DNA of 64,000 nucleotides from IMG/VR virus record IMGVR_UViG_3300050122_000263, positions 1 to 64,000 of that record; one strand, 5' to 3'. Shown piece by piece: positions 41,108 to 49,529 of this stretch (position 1 is its first letter; each line of letters starts with the position of its first letter). The notes under the pieces were generated by a model. It saw only the letters and a program-made list of their open reading frames with translations, ran no database searches and was not told where the DNA came from. The position numbers and the translations under genes were made by a program.

Positions 41108-42310
41108 TCAATCGGTGGGATAAATTAGACTGTCGAAGCTATCCATCCGAGGCCTGGTATCGACCAGTTCAGTAACGACCTGATGAGATCCAACCATATT
41201 TTCAAGAATGATCACATCGATAGTCAGCTGTTGAGCTAGCTTGCAGATGAATCGATCGATATGATCTTCGGCAGCATATAGCCCGAGCCAGCTGCCCACA
41301 TACTTCTTCTTTTGCGGCAGAGCTGCCACCATAGTTAACATATATCCCTGAAAATATGTGGGCATCAGATGATAAGCTTGTAGTGGTGTCATCATTAAAT
41401 CTGCAGGTAAATCGTATTCAATGAATTCAGGAAATTTCCCTTCATCTGAGAGAGAACGAACCATCTCCTTCATTTCTGCTGTCATATCTTTATGTAACCA
41501 GCTACGCAGATAAGGGGAGCGTCCATCTAACTTATTTTCCACAAATTCAATCATGTCATTGCGATCCTGGCTATCTGGCACCTGTGTGATAAGAGCAACA
41601 AAAGCTTGATACTTGTTGCGGTAGCGCCGGAATGTACGGCAAGCTAACCATACTCGCGATTCACGTTCTAAGTAATAGTAGGTGCCACAAACTCGTTCCT
41701 CTTCATCTTCGCTAATATCGCCATGATATAAACCACGGCTCATTCCTTCTGCATAGCGCGTAACAGGAAAAGTGTGATATTCATAACTCTTGATGGTAGC
41801 TTTGCCTTCTGTTGTAGCTAACTGGAGAGATTCCACATCTCTGGTGGTAATCGCTCCTGGCGTGCGGAAAATTAACATATCGGTCTTAGGCCGCAGACTG
41901 CTGTATAATTGACCGGGAGCGTATAGAATCAATGCAAGTGAGTAGGCCGTACGTAAGGCCCATTGTCGGTAATATTCGATGGTGGCATAACCCCACACAT
42001 GATGTCTTTGGAGATCTAGCTCGCGGTGATACCAGAAGAGAACCGTTTCCCTATCTGTACCGGCCACAAATTCCTCTAGCAGAAGGGTGTTAAGTTCTTT
42101 CTCATAGAGAGGAGTCACACCGAAGAGAATACGGTTACCTATATCTGCGATATGTGGAATAAATCCTTTCTCGATCATATAACGAGGCTCGGCGACGTAA
42201 TTGATATAGAATTCTTCCCACTGCTTCTCGTTTTGGTAGACGCTAGCCCGAGCTTCTAATTCAAGAGCGTCAATCTCTTCGTGCGTGGTGAGATATTTGC
42301 CAACTTGCAT
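41108..42310 (-). CDS. Family B paralog 1, unknown function
   Basis: Shares RPKTDM..FRTPGA, PVTRYA.GMSR.LY, CGT.YY, MVGSHQVV.ELVD.R...DSFDSLIY with 45640. Confidence 0.8.
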   Translation of the reverse strand: MQVGKYLTTHEEIDALELEARASVYQNEKQWEEFYINYVAEPRYMIEKGFIPHIADIGNRILFGVTPLYEKELNTLLLEEFVAGTDRETVLFWYHRELDLQRHHVWGYATIEYYRQWALRTAYSLALILYAPGQLYSSLRPKTDMLIFRTPGAITTRDVESLQLATTEGKATIKSYEYHTFPVTRYAEGMSRGLYHGDISEDEEERVCGTYYYLERESRVWLACRTFRRYRNKYQAFVALITQVPDSQDRNDMIEFVENKLDGRSPYLRSWLHKDMTAEMKEMVRSLSDEGKFPEFIEYDLPADLMMTPLQAYHLMPTYFQGYMLTMVAALPQKKKYVGSWLGLYAAEDHIDRFICKLAQQLTIDVIILENMVGSHQVVTELVDTRPRMDSFDSLIYPTD

Positions 42311-42561
42311 CTTATTTTATGTATCTATAAGATTTACGTCTGCCATTTGCTAATTTTGTGCAATCATCCATGCCGCATAATCCAAAATCTCTATATCAAT
42401 CTGATCGTTCTCATAAAGTTGATTTATCTGAGACGTCTCAGATGATCTATAACCGCTATTGAAGTGGGTGAGATATAATAGAGTAAAATTTCCACTGGCG
42501 GCAGCTCAATTATCTCAAAAATAATTGGCGATCGACATTTTTCCCAGGTGTTGAGAAATCT

Positions 42562-42873
42562 ATGTACTTGCTGATTCAATTGTTAGCCTTCATCCTCTAC
42601 TTCGGTATTGAGCTAACTCTTATTGTTATTCTACTCTCCGCTATAACTACGGGAATGGCTATGGAGCAGATATGGATGACATATAACGTGAGATCTCCCG
42701 ACCAGGCCTGTAGCACGGCTAAGTATTGGTTGATGGCAAAGAAGATATCATTAATTGTACAATCTGCCTTCATTACATATCTGTTAGTGGAAATACGCCT
42801 CTACTATGCTCAACGCTGCTATAAGCCGTTACGGCCAAATACTCCGAATAGTTTGTTGAGACTGTGTGGTTGA
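42562..42873 (+). CDS. Small two-pass membrane protein
   Basis: Two hydrophobic segments; stop followed by a palindrome. Confidence 0.55.
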   Translation: MYLLIQLLAFILYFGIELTLIVILLSAITTGMAMEQIWMTYNVRSPDQACSTAKYWLMAKKISLIVQSAFITYLLVEIRLYYAQRCYKPLRPNTPNSLLRLCG

Positions 42874-42877
42874 TAAA

Positions 42878-42897
42878 TTTCATCTAATTAGATGAAA
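42878..42897. terminator. Perfect 20-bp palindrome between convergent genes
   Basis: TTTCATCTAA|TTAGATGAAA. Confidence 0.7.
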
Positions 42898-42914
42898 CAT
42901 TTCTAGGGGAGTTG

Positions 42915-45545
42915 TTAGAGAAGTTGACGATAAGCGCTCATAACTCGGGCAACTCCGCCAGGGTCCCTGCCCACTATAAGTTCGGAGAAATCCACAATGC
43001 AATTGTATCGCTCACCCTGACGGAAAGCTTGCTCAGCTGTCATCAACCAGTTGCCCTCATCAATAAACATCCAGTAAGGAAGCAGAACATCAATCTCAAG
43101 GCGGATGTAGAGTGGCAATTTAGCCTGCTCAGCTTGGGCCTGCGGTAAAAATTCTTTCTTACGTAGAGAGAGCAAAATTTGGTATTTCCCTCTTATGGCT
43201 TGATATTGTTCTCCAGGGAATTCCTGCAGTATCTTCTGGTAAGCCAGAGCTTCAGCTAGGAATTTTGTATCTGAGATACGTAAAGCTTGTATCAAATTAG
43301 TTAGCTCAGTCATAGAGCGCACCTCTAGACTGGGAAGAGTGGCTGGATCTACATCTAAAGGAGCATGTAAATCTTCAGGCAACATATCTGTTTCTCCGGT
43401 TTGAGTACGTAATTGCAGTATACCAGACAGATGGATAGGATATTCCGCTTCACCGGGAGCAAGCAGTTCCGGAAGGAGCAGGGGACCAGGAGCTGGAATT
43501 GTCCCTGCAACTGGAACGACCCCGATACCTTGATAATAGGCCGGACCCACCACTCTATCTCTATTTCTGTCAATAGCCACGGCAAATGTTCGAGCGACGG
43601 AGAATTCACGCTTAATATGTGTGCCGTTAAAAACGGGCGGCCTTGTTGGGAACTCATATTGAGGTTTGGTTTGAACCAGACAGTTGCGGATGAATAAGCG
43701 TGTCCAAACAGACTCTGGTAAAAATGGATATAAAACACGGCCGTTCCGGAGAGCCGTTGTTATGGCCTCTACATTATGAGTTGGGATGAGTCGAGCGCAA
43801 TATGGTTGAATTAGCTTCGATAATGTCAACTTCTTTGGGCAAATGGGTGGAAGATCGAGTATCTCCAACTTTATCTCCCAATCACCCTCACCTGGGCCAT
43901 CGATTAGATGCGGATTCCATCTATCCACAAAGACCTGTTCTCCCCCGAAAGGTATAAGCAAAAATTCTTCACCACGTATACGATCGAGATCATCAGCATC
44001 TATGGGCATTCTTTCAAGCTGAATCATCCGCCCCTTAGTCAAAACAATCCCTGTCGCATACTCAATGTCAAGGACTAAGTCAGGGCTCGATTGCGCCTCT
44101 TCTAATCCGGTTGAGAGATGGACAACTTGAGCATAAGGTTCAATTAGACAGATTGTTAATCCTCGGAAGGCTGTGCGAGTTAAATGGGAAAGAGAGATAG
44201 TTGGAGTCATTACAACTGAAACTCTGCGTCTGTAATAGAGGGAGAAGGCTGGAGTGCAAATCAAACCACGATGTATATCATAGCCAATCTGCATGCTACT
44301 CAAAGGCAGATAAGATAGCACCTCCATGGCTGTCTGATATGGCACCATTCTAAGGCGGAAGATGTGAGAAGTCTCGTCCATACCGGCCTCATTCCTGAAA
44401 AGAATAAAGTCGCCCTTATAGATTCTGGCCGTTAGTCGATCATCTGCATTAATCATCTCCCACAGCTCGTTCCTGAATCTAACGCGACTTTCTTGAGTTG
44501 GCCCATAGATATGGAATGTCATCTGAACTCTGGGTTGGAAGCGAGCATAAGCCCAATCATCAAGGATAATAGGGAAGAGTTCCCCTGATAGAACGTAACC
44601 GACATCGCCGACTGGAAATCTGTTTGCAAGTTGCCTACGCGCATCTTGATTAACACGAAGAAGATTATCTGAAACACTGAGTAGCCGCTCTACCATAACA
44701 GCAGGGCTGGGTAGAATGATTGGCTCTGTTGGTGGAGGTACTTGGGCCTCAGGGGCCTGCAGTGTTTGTAGGGGCTGAGCTTCTTCGCCTTCTTGAGGAG
44801 GTGGAGGCGGCAGATATGTATCATCCGGAATAGCGATGACAGGCTGAGCTCCCATGTAATCAGGCACAAGCGGCTTAGTGTTCTGTAATGGATCCAGTAA
44901 GAAAAGATTGGGGTTAATGGAGTCAATCCTCTGGCGTTGAGTGAAAGGATAGCCATGTGGTTGTAATGCGTAAGCAAGCTGCTGATCTCGGGCGATAACT
45001 CGTGCTACGTAGTTCAGAATCTTTGCATCAATCTGGTCGCTCTCATAGAGCTGATTCATCAGGTGTTTCAGATAATCAATCACCACCATTGGAGCGAATG
45101 AGATATAGTAGAATAGAGTTTCCACCGGCGGCAGTGTACCCAGCTCAATTATCTCAAAGTAATTGGTAATCAACATAGCCAGACGCTGACACATCTCCTC
45201 TCTACATTCTAATTGGCGAGCAGCCTCGATTGCATTAGTCAGAGCACTAACCTGGTTCTGAGTAAATGCGGCCTGTAGCTCTGGAGTTGCATCAACAGGA
45301 GCTGCTAACTCAGGCAATGGCTCTAAGCCAAACAGAAATGAGACATAACGCCTCAACCACCCTGCACTCTGCTCATTAAGAGGTTCAGGTAGATGCTCGG
45401 CTGTGAAGGAGAAAGCATATACACCACCTGCAACTTTGGCATTAAATTGAATCAAATTGGCTAGCAGCTGGGAGTTGTGCTGAGCCACATCAAACGGAAG
45501 AATCAGGGTTCCACCAGGCAGATTTAACTTGAGATGCTTCTCCAT
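42915..45545 (-). CDS. Family A paralog 2 (NTase motifs degenerate)
   Basis: GYVLSGEL...QMTFHIYG and LPLSSMQIGYD align to the paralog 1 motifs but lack GG, DxD and FD. Confidence 0.75.
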   Translation of the reverse strand: MEKHLKLNLPGGTLILPFDVAQHNSQLLANLIQFNAKVAGGVYAFSFTAEHLPEPLNEQSAGWLRRYVSFLFGLEPLPELAAPVDATPELQAAFTQNQVSALTNAIEAARQLECREEMCQRLAMLITNYFEIIELGTLPPVETLFYYISFAPMVVIDYLKHLMNQLYESDQIDAKILNYVARVIARDQQLAYALQPHGYPFTQRQRIDSINPNLFLLDPLQNTKPLVPDYMGAQPVIAIPDDTYLPPPPPQEGEEAQPLQTLQAPEAQVPPPTEPIILPSPAVMVERLLSVSDNLLRVNQDARRQLANRFPVGDVGYVLSGELFPIILDDWAYARFQPRVQMTFHIYGPTQESRVRFRNELWEMINADDRLTARIYKGDFILFRNEAGMDETSHIFRLRMVPYQTAMEVLSYLPLSSMQIGYDIHRGLICTPAFSLYYRRRVSVVMTPTISLSHLTRTAFRGLTICLIEPYAQVVHLSTGLEEAQSSPDLVLDIEYATGIVLTKGRMIQLERMPIDADDLDRIRGEEFLLIPFGGEQVFVDRWNPHLIDGPGEGDWEIKLEILDLPPICPKKLTLSKLIQPYCARLIPTHNVEAITTALRNGRVLYPFLPESVWTRLFIRNCLVQTKPQYEFPTRPPVFNGTHIKREFSVARTFAVAIDRNRDRVVGPAYYQGIGVVPVAGTIPAPGPLLLPELLAPGEAEYPIHLSGILQLRTQTGETDMLPEDLHAPLDVDPATLPSLEVRSMTELTNLIQALRISDTKFLAEALAYQKILQEFPGEQYQAIRGKYQILLSLRKKEFLPQAQAEQAKLPLYIRLEIDVLLPYWMFIDEGNWLMTAEQAFRQGERYNCIVDFSELIVGRDPGGVARVMSAYRQLL

Positions 45546-45597
45546 TTATCTATCACAAGTTTCTTGTAATCTTCTTGGAGATATTTTTAATCTATAC

Positions 45598-45619
45598 AAC
45601 TCATCAGAGCTGATGAGTT
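45598..45619 (-). terminator. 3' hairpin
   Basis: AACTCATCAG-AG-CTGATGAGTT, 20 nt past the stop at 45640. Confidence 0.65.
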
Positions 45620-45639
45620 TTTGGCAATGTATCGTTAAG

Positions 45640-46836
45640 TTAGTCGGTTAAATAGATCAAACTGTCAAAGGAATCTTTACGTAGTCTCACGTCCACTAGC
45701 TCTGAGACTACTTGGTGAGATCCTACCATGTGAGTTAGAAGAACGATATCATATCCAAGTTCCTCAGCTAAAGAGCACATGTATTGATCAAGAATATCTT
45801 CGACAGCGTAGAAGCCCAGCGCAACTCCTAAATAGCGCTTACGTTGGGGCAATCGCTCTGCATTTTCTAGATACAGAGTTGGGTCGAGAAGCTGATGTTT
45901 GATGGGTGGAAAATGTGTGAAAGCTTCCACAGGTGTAAACAACAAATCATCGGGAAGACCGCTCTTCCCCTCGGCAAACGCTATGTATTCCTTACTGAAG
46001 AATGCCATAAGGCTATCCTTGTCTTTCCTGTATGGATCAACACCTGGAATATATAATTTGTGACGACCAAGTTGTTTTTCCATTTGCCTAACCGCCGAGT
46101 ATTTAGATCGAGTCTCCAGAATCTTATGATATGCAAGAAAAGTTCTCGATTCAGGCTCTTGGTAATAGAAGGTACCACAGAAAGTTTGTTCTTCACTAAC
46201 GTCTTGATAGTAAAGACTCCGTGACATGCCTACAGCATAACGTGTCACCGGGAGCACTTTCCAATTATCTCCCTTCAGATTTATTGTATCTCCGTGAATT
46301 TGTTCTCTGTGAGCGACCACAGCCCCGGGAGTCCGAAATAATTGCATATCAGTTTTGGGTCGCTTACTTTTCTCGTAAACTTGGTCAGGGGCATATAATA
46401 GGAGCGGCAGTGAATTGGCAGTTTCAATCGCTTCGCGCCTGTAAGTCTCGATAGTACAATAATGCCAACGAGGCCATTTTGCTAAATCTAATTCATCCTC
46501 TTCGTCCTCTTCAATGGGATCCTCGACAAGAGGTGGTCTATACCAGAACCAGATTTCTTCTAAACTGAGCCCATTTAGCAAATCTTCCAAGAACATTGTA
46601 GCAATCTTGCTAAATGTAAGAGATGCCACGCCATACTCAAAAGGTATTTCCTTCTCCCTCTTGGGAAATTCGGGCAGAAATCCAGCCCGAACGAAAGAAA
46701 GTGGATCATCAACACCTTGGATAGTAACCTTCAAACATTGCAGATTTCTCTCTGCGATCTCTGCTCGAATTTGCCCGACAAAAGCCTCAATATCAGAGAT
46801 ATGACCATAGGATAACTCAATCTCACCAGATTCCAT
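45640..46836 (-). CDS. Family B paralog 2, unknown function
   Basis: Clear block similarity to 41108..42310. Confidence 0.8.
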   Translation of the reverse strand: MESGEIELSYGHISDIEAFVGQIRAEIAERNLQCLKVTIQGVDDPLSFVRAGFLPEFPKREKEIPFEYGVASLTFSKIATMFLEDLLNGLSLEEIWFWYRPPLVEDPIEEDEEDELDLAKWPRWHYCTIETYRREAIETANSLPLLLYAPDQVYEKSKRPKTDMQLFRTPGAVVAHREQIHGDTINLKGDNWKVLPVTRYAVGMSRSLYYQDVSEEQTFCGTFYYQEPESRTFLAYHKILETRSKYSAVRQMEKQLGRHKLYIPGVDPYRKDKDSLMAFFSKEYIAFAEGKSGLPDDLLFTPVEAFTHFPPIKHQLLDPTLYLENAERLPQRKRYLGVALGFYAVEDILDQYMCSLAEELGYDIVLLTHMVGSHQVVSELVDVRLRKDSFDSLIYLTD

Positions 46837-47121
46837 TATTTATAACATGAACTTAATAGGAGAAAACAAATAACTCAATCTCCGATAAGTTAAGTACACT
46901 CAGCGTCATTCGAACTTAAATAGTGGAAAAGAATCTGTGAATTATGCTTTATTTACTCGTGGTTTACAATTATCCTTCATGTGAAGAATGATATTCCTTA
47001 TATCTCATATTTCTATTACGCCTCAGTTAAAGGGGCAATATAGCAAGCTTTTGTGGAGATTGATTGTAGTTACTCCAAATAAAGATGCCCTAAAGAAGAC
47101 CCACAACTTCAACGTACACTT

Positions 47122-47523
47122 ATGGAACAACACACTTTCGTCGCTTTCTCCATGACTTCCTCCAACAAGGACATTGTCTTCCCGGCACTGGTTTCCAATA
47201 GCTTAGTCCAAATGCTATTGCAAATTCGTACCATGACTGGATCCCCAGCCCTCCATTTCGTTAGCCAGGAAGCCGATGCACGAGAGGAGCAAGAAGATGA
47301 GACGTCAGTAGAAGCTGCTGAGCGAGAGGAACTTAACGATGAGTTTGGCTGGACGCCCGATTTCGACTATGTTGGCCGTTGGGCCGCAGCCATCCCTGCT
47401 GATAAGTGGTTATACTTCAAGCATTCCCTTGGCTATCTGAATGAAGGCCGCGTAGTGATCTATGAGTTTGCCACACCAACCGTCAACCTGCTCAAGATCA
47501 GCGACAAATTCATCGTATTATAG
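47122..47523 (+). CDS. Hypothetical protein
   Basis: 133-aa ATG ORF followed by a hairpin. Confidence 0.65.
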   Translation: MEQHTFVAFSMTSSNKDIVFPALVSNSLVQMLLQIRTMTGSPALHFVSQEADAREEQEDETSVEAAEREELNDEFGWTPDFDYVGRWAAAIPADKWLYFKHSLGYLNEGRVVIYEFATPTVNLLKISDKFIVL

Positions 47524-47531
47524 AATTCGAA

Positions 47532-47555
47532 AAAAACTTGTAGATACAAGTTTTT
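47532..47555. terminator. 3' hairpin between convergent genes
   Basis: AAAAACTTGT-AGAT-ACAAGTTTTT. Confidence 0.7.
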
Positions 47556-47692
47556 GGCTATGGGGATCGCGAGCAAAAGTGTAAACAGTGCCATCCTCCA
47601 CACTCAATTTGAGCGGCCAGTTCTTTATTTTTAATTTGTCATAAATTTAACGTAATTTATGAGTATACCTAATGAGCAGTTACTATAATTAG

Positions 47693-48025
47693 TTATGCCA
47701 CAGTTATTTTCACCTCAACAGCCGGTGGAGAGAGCCAGAACAAACAGTCTAGCAGTAATTTGCCAAGTTTGGAACATCTGATCTCTACCCAGGGGACATG
47801 TTGTTTCATCCGGTCTCGGTTTGCTTGCATATATTTGGCCTGAGAAGCGATCGTCCAGACAGATGCATACTCAACTGCGGTGCCATCCAGGATAAGGATA
47901 AAAATAGGCACAGTCTCAAAAAGGCGATCTAAGTCATTCTGAAACTTAACCATGGTCTCTTGTGAGAGGGTGGGTTGTGCGAACACAAACATATGAGTTG
48001 GGATCTTGCGCTCCGAAGTGCACAT
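47693..48025 (-). CDS. Small alpha/beta protein, possibly SpoIIAA/CRAL-TRIO-like
   Basis: FILILDGT...VEIRCSKLGKLLLDCLFWLSPP pattern; weak. Confidence 0.45.
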   Translation of the reverse strand: MCTSERKIPTHMFVFAQPTLSQETMVKFQNDLDRLFETVPIFILILDGTAVEYASVWTIASQAKYMQANRDRMKQHVPWVEIRCSKLGKLLLDCLFWLSPPAVEVKITVA

Positions 48026-48157
48026 TTACCATTCCCATAAATCAAAATAAGAGAGCTTATTGGTGATGCGAAGATATTTGTCAGATAAAGCGAGTTTTTC
48101 ATTGTTCGGGCCTTATTCTGTCTCTGCCCCTCATTCGCAAATTGATTTAATAATGAG

Positions 48158-48793
48158 ATGTTATTTTCTTCTCAAATGGCTACAGATCCAATGCACCGGA
48201 AAATACCACTCAGCGACAGTGGCACAATTCGCACCGGAGATGTGATAGCATTTCGCAGGAAATCCCCTGTATGTTACTATCACGTGGGTATTGCCCGTTG
48301 TAATTCCGCACCTAATTCTTCTGTGAACCATGTGGAGATCATTGCATACATCACTGGTGAATACGTGGTCGCTGTTCAAGATTTTGAAACGGCGCGAGAA
48401 GATTGTGAAGTCTTTCGTTATGAATGGGCTCCTGGAGTCAACGTTTATTCTCCAGAGGTTATCGTAGAGCGAGCTCTTTCTCGTCTCGGCGAAAGAGAAT
48501 ACGCTTTATTCCATAACAACTGTGAGCACTTTGCTGTCTGGGCAGCCACTGGTGTCTCGTTCAGTGAACAGGCTGAAGAGGGTAATACCGTTGGAACAGT
48601 CACCAGATCTGGTATGATAGGCAGTGGTATAGCGATTGGTGTGTTTGCTACCATTCCTCCTCTGCTTGTCATTGGAGGCGCCCTTACAGGGGCAGGGGTT
48701 ATCCTAAGTCTCATCTTCGGTGGTAATCGACGACAAAATCGATCTAACCGTAAGCGTGACGAAGATCGCATCAGACGTATCCATATGAATTAA
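48158..48793 (+). CDS. LRAT/H-box-NC domain protein (permuted NlpC/P60) with Gly-rich C-terminal TM
   Basis: [38 protein letters not shown]; C-terminal GSGIAIGVF...[15 protein letters not shown]; start could be a downstream ATG. Confidence 0.85.
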   Translation: MLFSSQMATDPMHRKIPLSDSGTIRTGDVIAFRRKSPVCYYHVGIARCNSAPNSSVNHVEIIAYITGEYVVAVQDFETAREDCEVFRYEWAPGVNVYSPEVIVERALSRLGEREYALFHNNCEHFAVWAATGVSFSEQAEEGNTVGTVTRSGMIGSGIAIGVFATIPPLLVIGGALTGAGVILSLIFGGNRRQNRSNRKRDEDRIRRIHMN

Positions 48794-48819
48794 AAACTAT
48801 ATATTAATATATAGTTTTT
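48792..48819. terminator. Perfect 28-bp palindrome overlapping LRAT stop
   Basis: AAAAACTATATATT|AATATATAGTTTTT. Confidence 0.75.
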
Positions 48820-48951
48820 TATGCCGACATCAACACCGATCCGGTAAATATTCTGTGGATTTTCCCTGGAATATTTATCAGGATAAGGGTTATTATGGGA
48901 GATCTCGTGATTCTAAGAAAAAATACATTGAATGAAGGCTGAACGATGCTT

Positions 48952-49197
48952 CTAAACCGGCCCTGTGCCAGCAGCCACAGTTGTAGTGACGGCTGCGGTT
49001 ATTGGGTCAATAGGCGATATAGCCATGGCACCGCACGCATCAGCTGCTGTCCACAGCACTGTGGTCACCGGGATCAAAGCAGGACAAACAGGCGACAATG
49101 CTGTTGTAGTAATAGCACCGGCATAAAGTGATAGTGCCATGACTGCGACAGTTGTTTTACCGCCAATATAGCCTGCGAGTGCGCCCAAGAAGCCCAT
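48952..49197 (-). CDS. Small hydrophobic Gly/Ala/Thr-rich protein
   Basis: 81 aa, starts MGFLGA in AAACATG context, almost no charged residues. Confidence 0.6.
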   Translation of the reverse strand: MGFLGALAGYIGGKTTVAVMALSLYAGAITTTALSPVCPALIPVTTVLWTAADACGAMAISPIDPITAAVTTTVAAGTGPV

Positions 49198-49529
49198 GTT
49201 TTTCTTTTCCTGTCGGACAAATTTATTAAGTTTTTTTCACTTTAGCCCCAATTTTTCCACCGATATCCTTCCTCCCTATAGGTGGATTTTGGGAAAAAAT
49301 TCCCACATACGACTCTGTTCGAGGGCATGGTAATTAGCCCACCTCATATCAGTAACGTGTTTTCTCCATCTCCATCATTAAGAGAGGCAAATCAATGGGG
49401 ATGTAAGTGATTTAGTTTCTCTTCACGATTTATCACTATTAGGGTAGTCTATCTACACCTGGCCAAGGAGAGAGCGACAATAAAAGTGTGCGATTTCGGA
49501 GATTTCCTGACAAGAGAAATCCCACTGCT

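Noticed and set aside
49180-49197. GFLGA similarity to a retroviral fusion peptide
   Set aside because: A five-residue match in a Gly/Ala-rich hydrophobic sequence is expected by chance.
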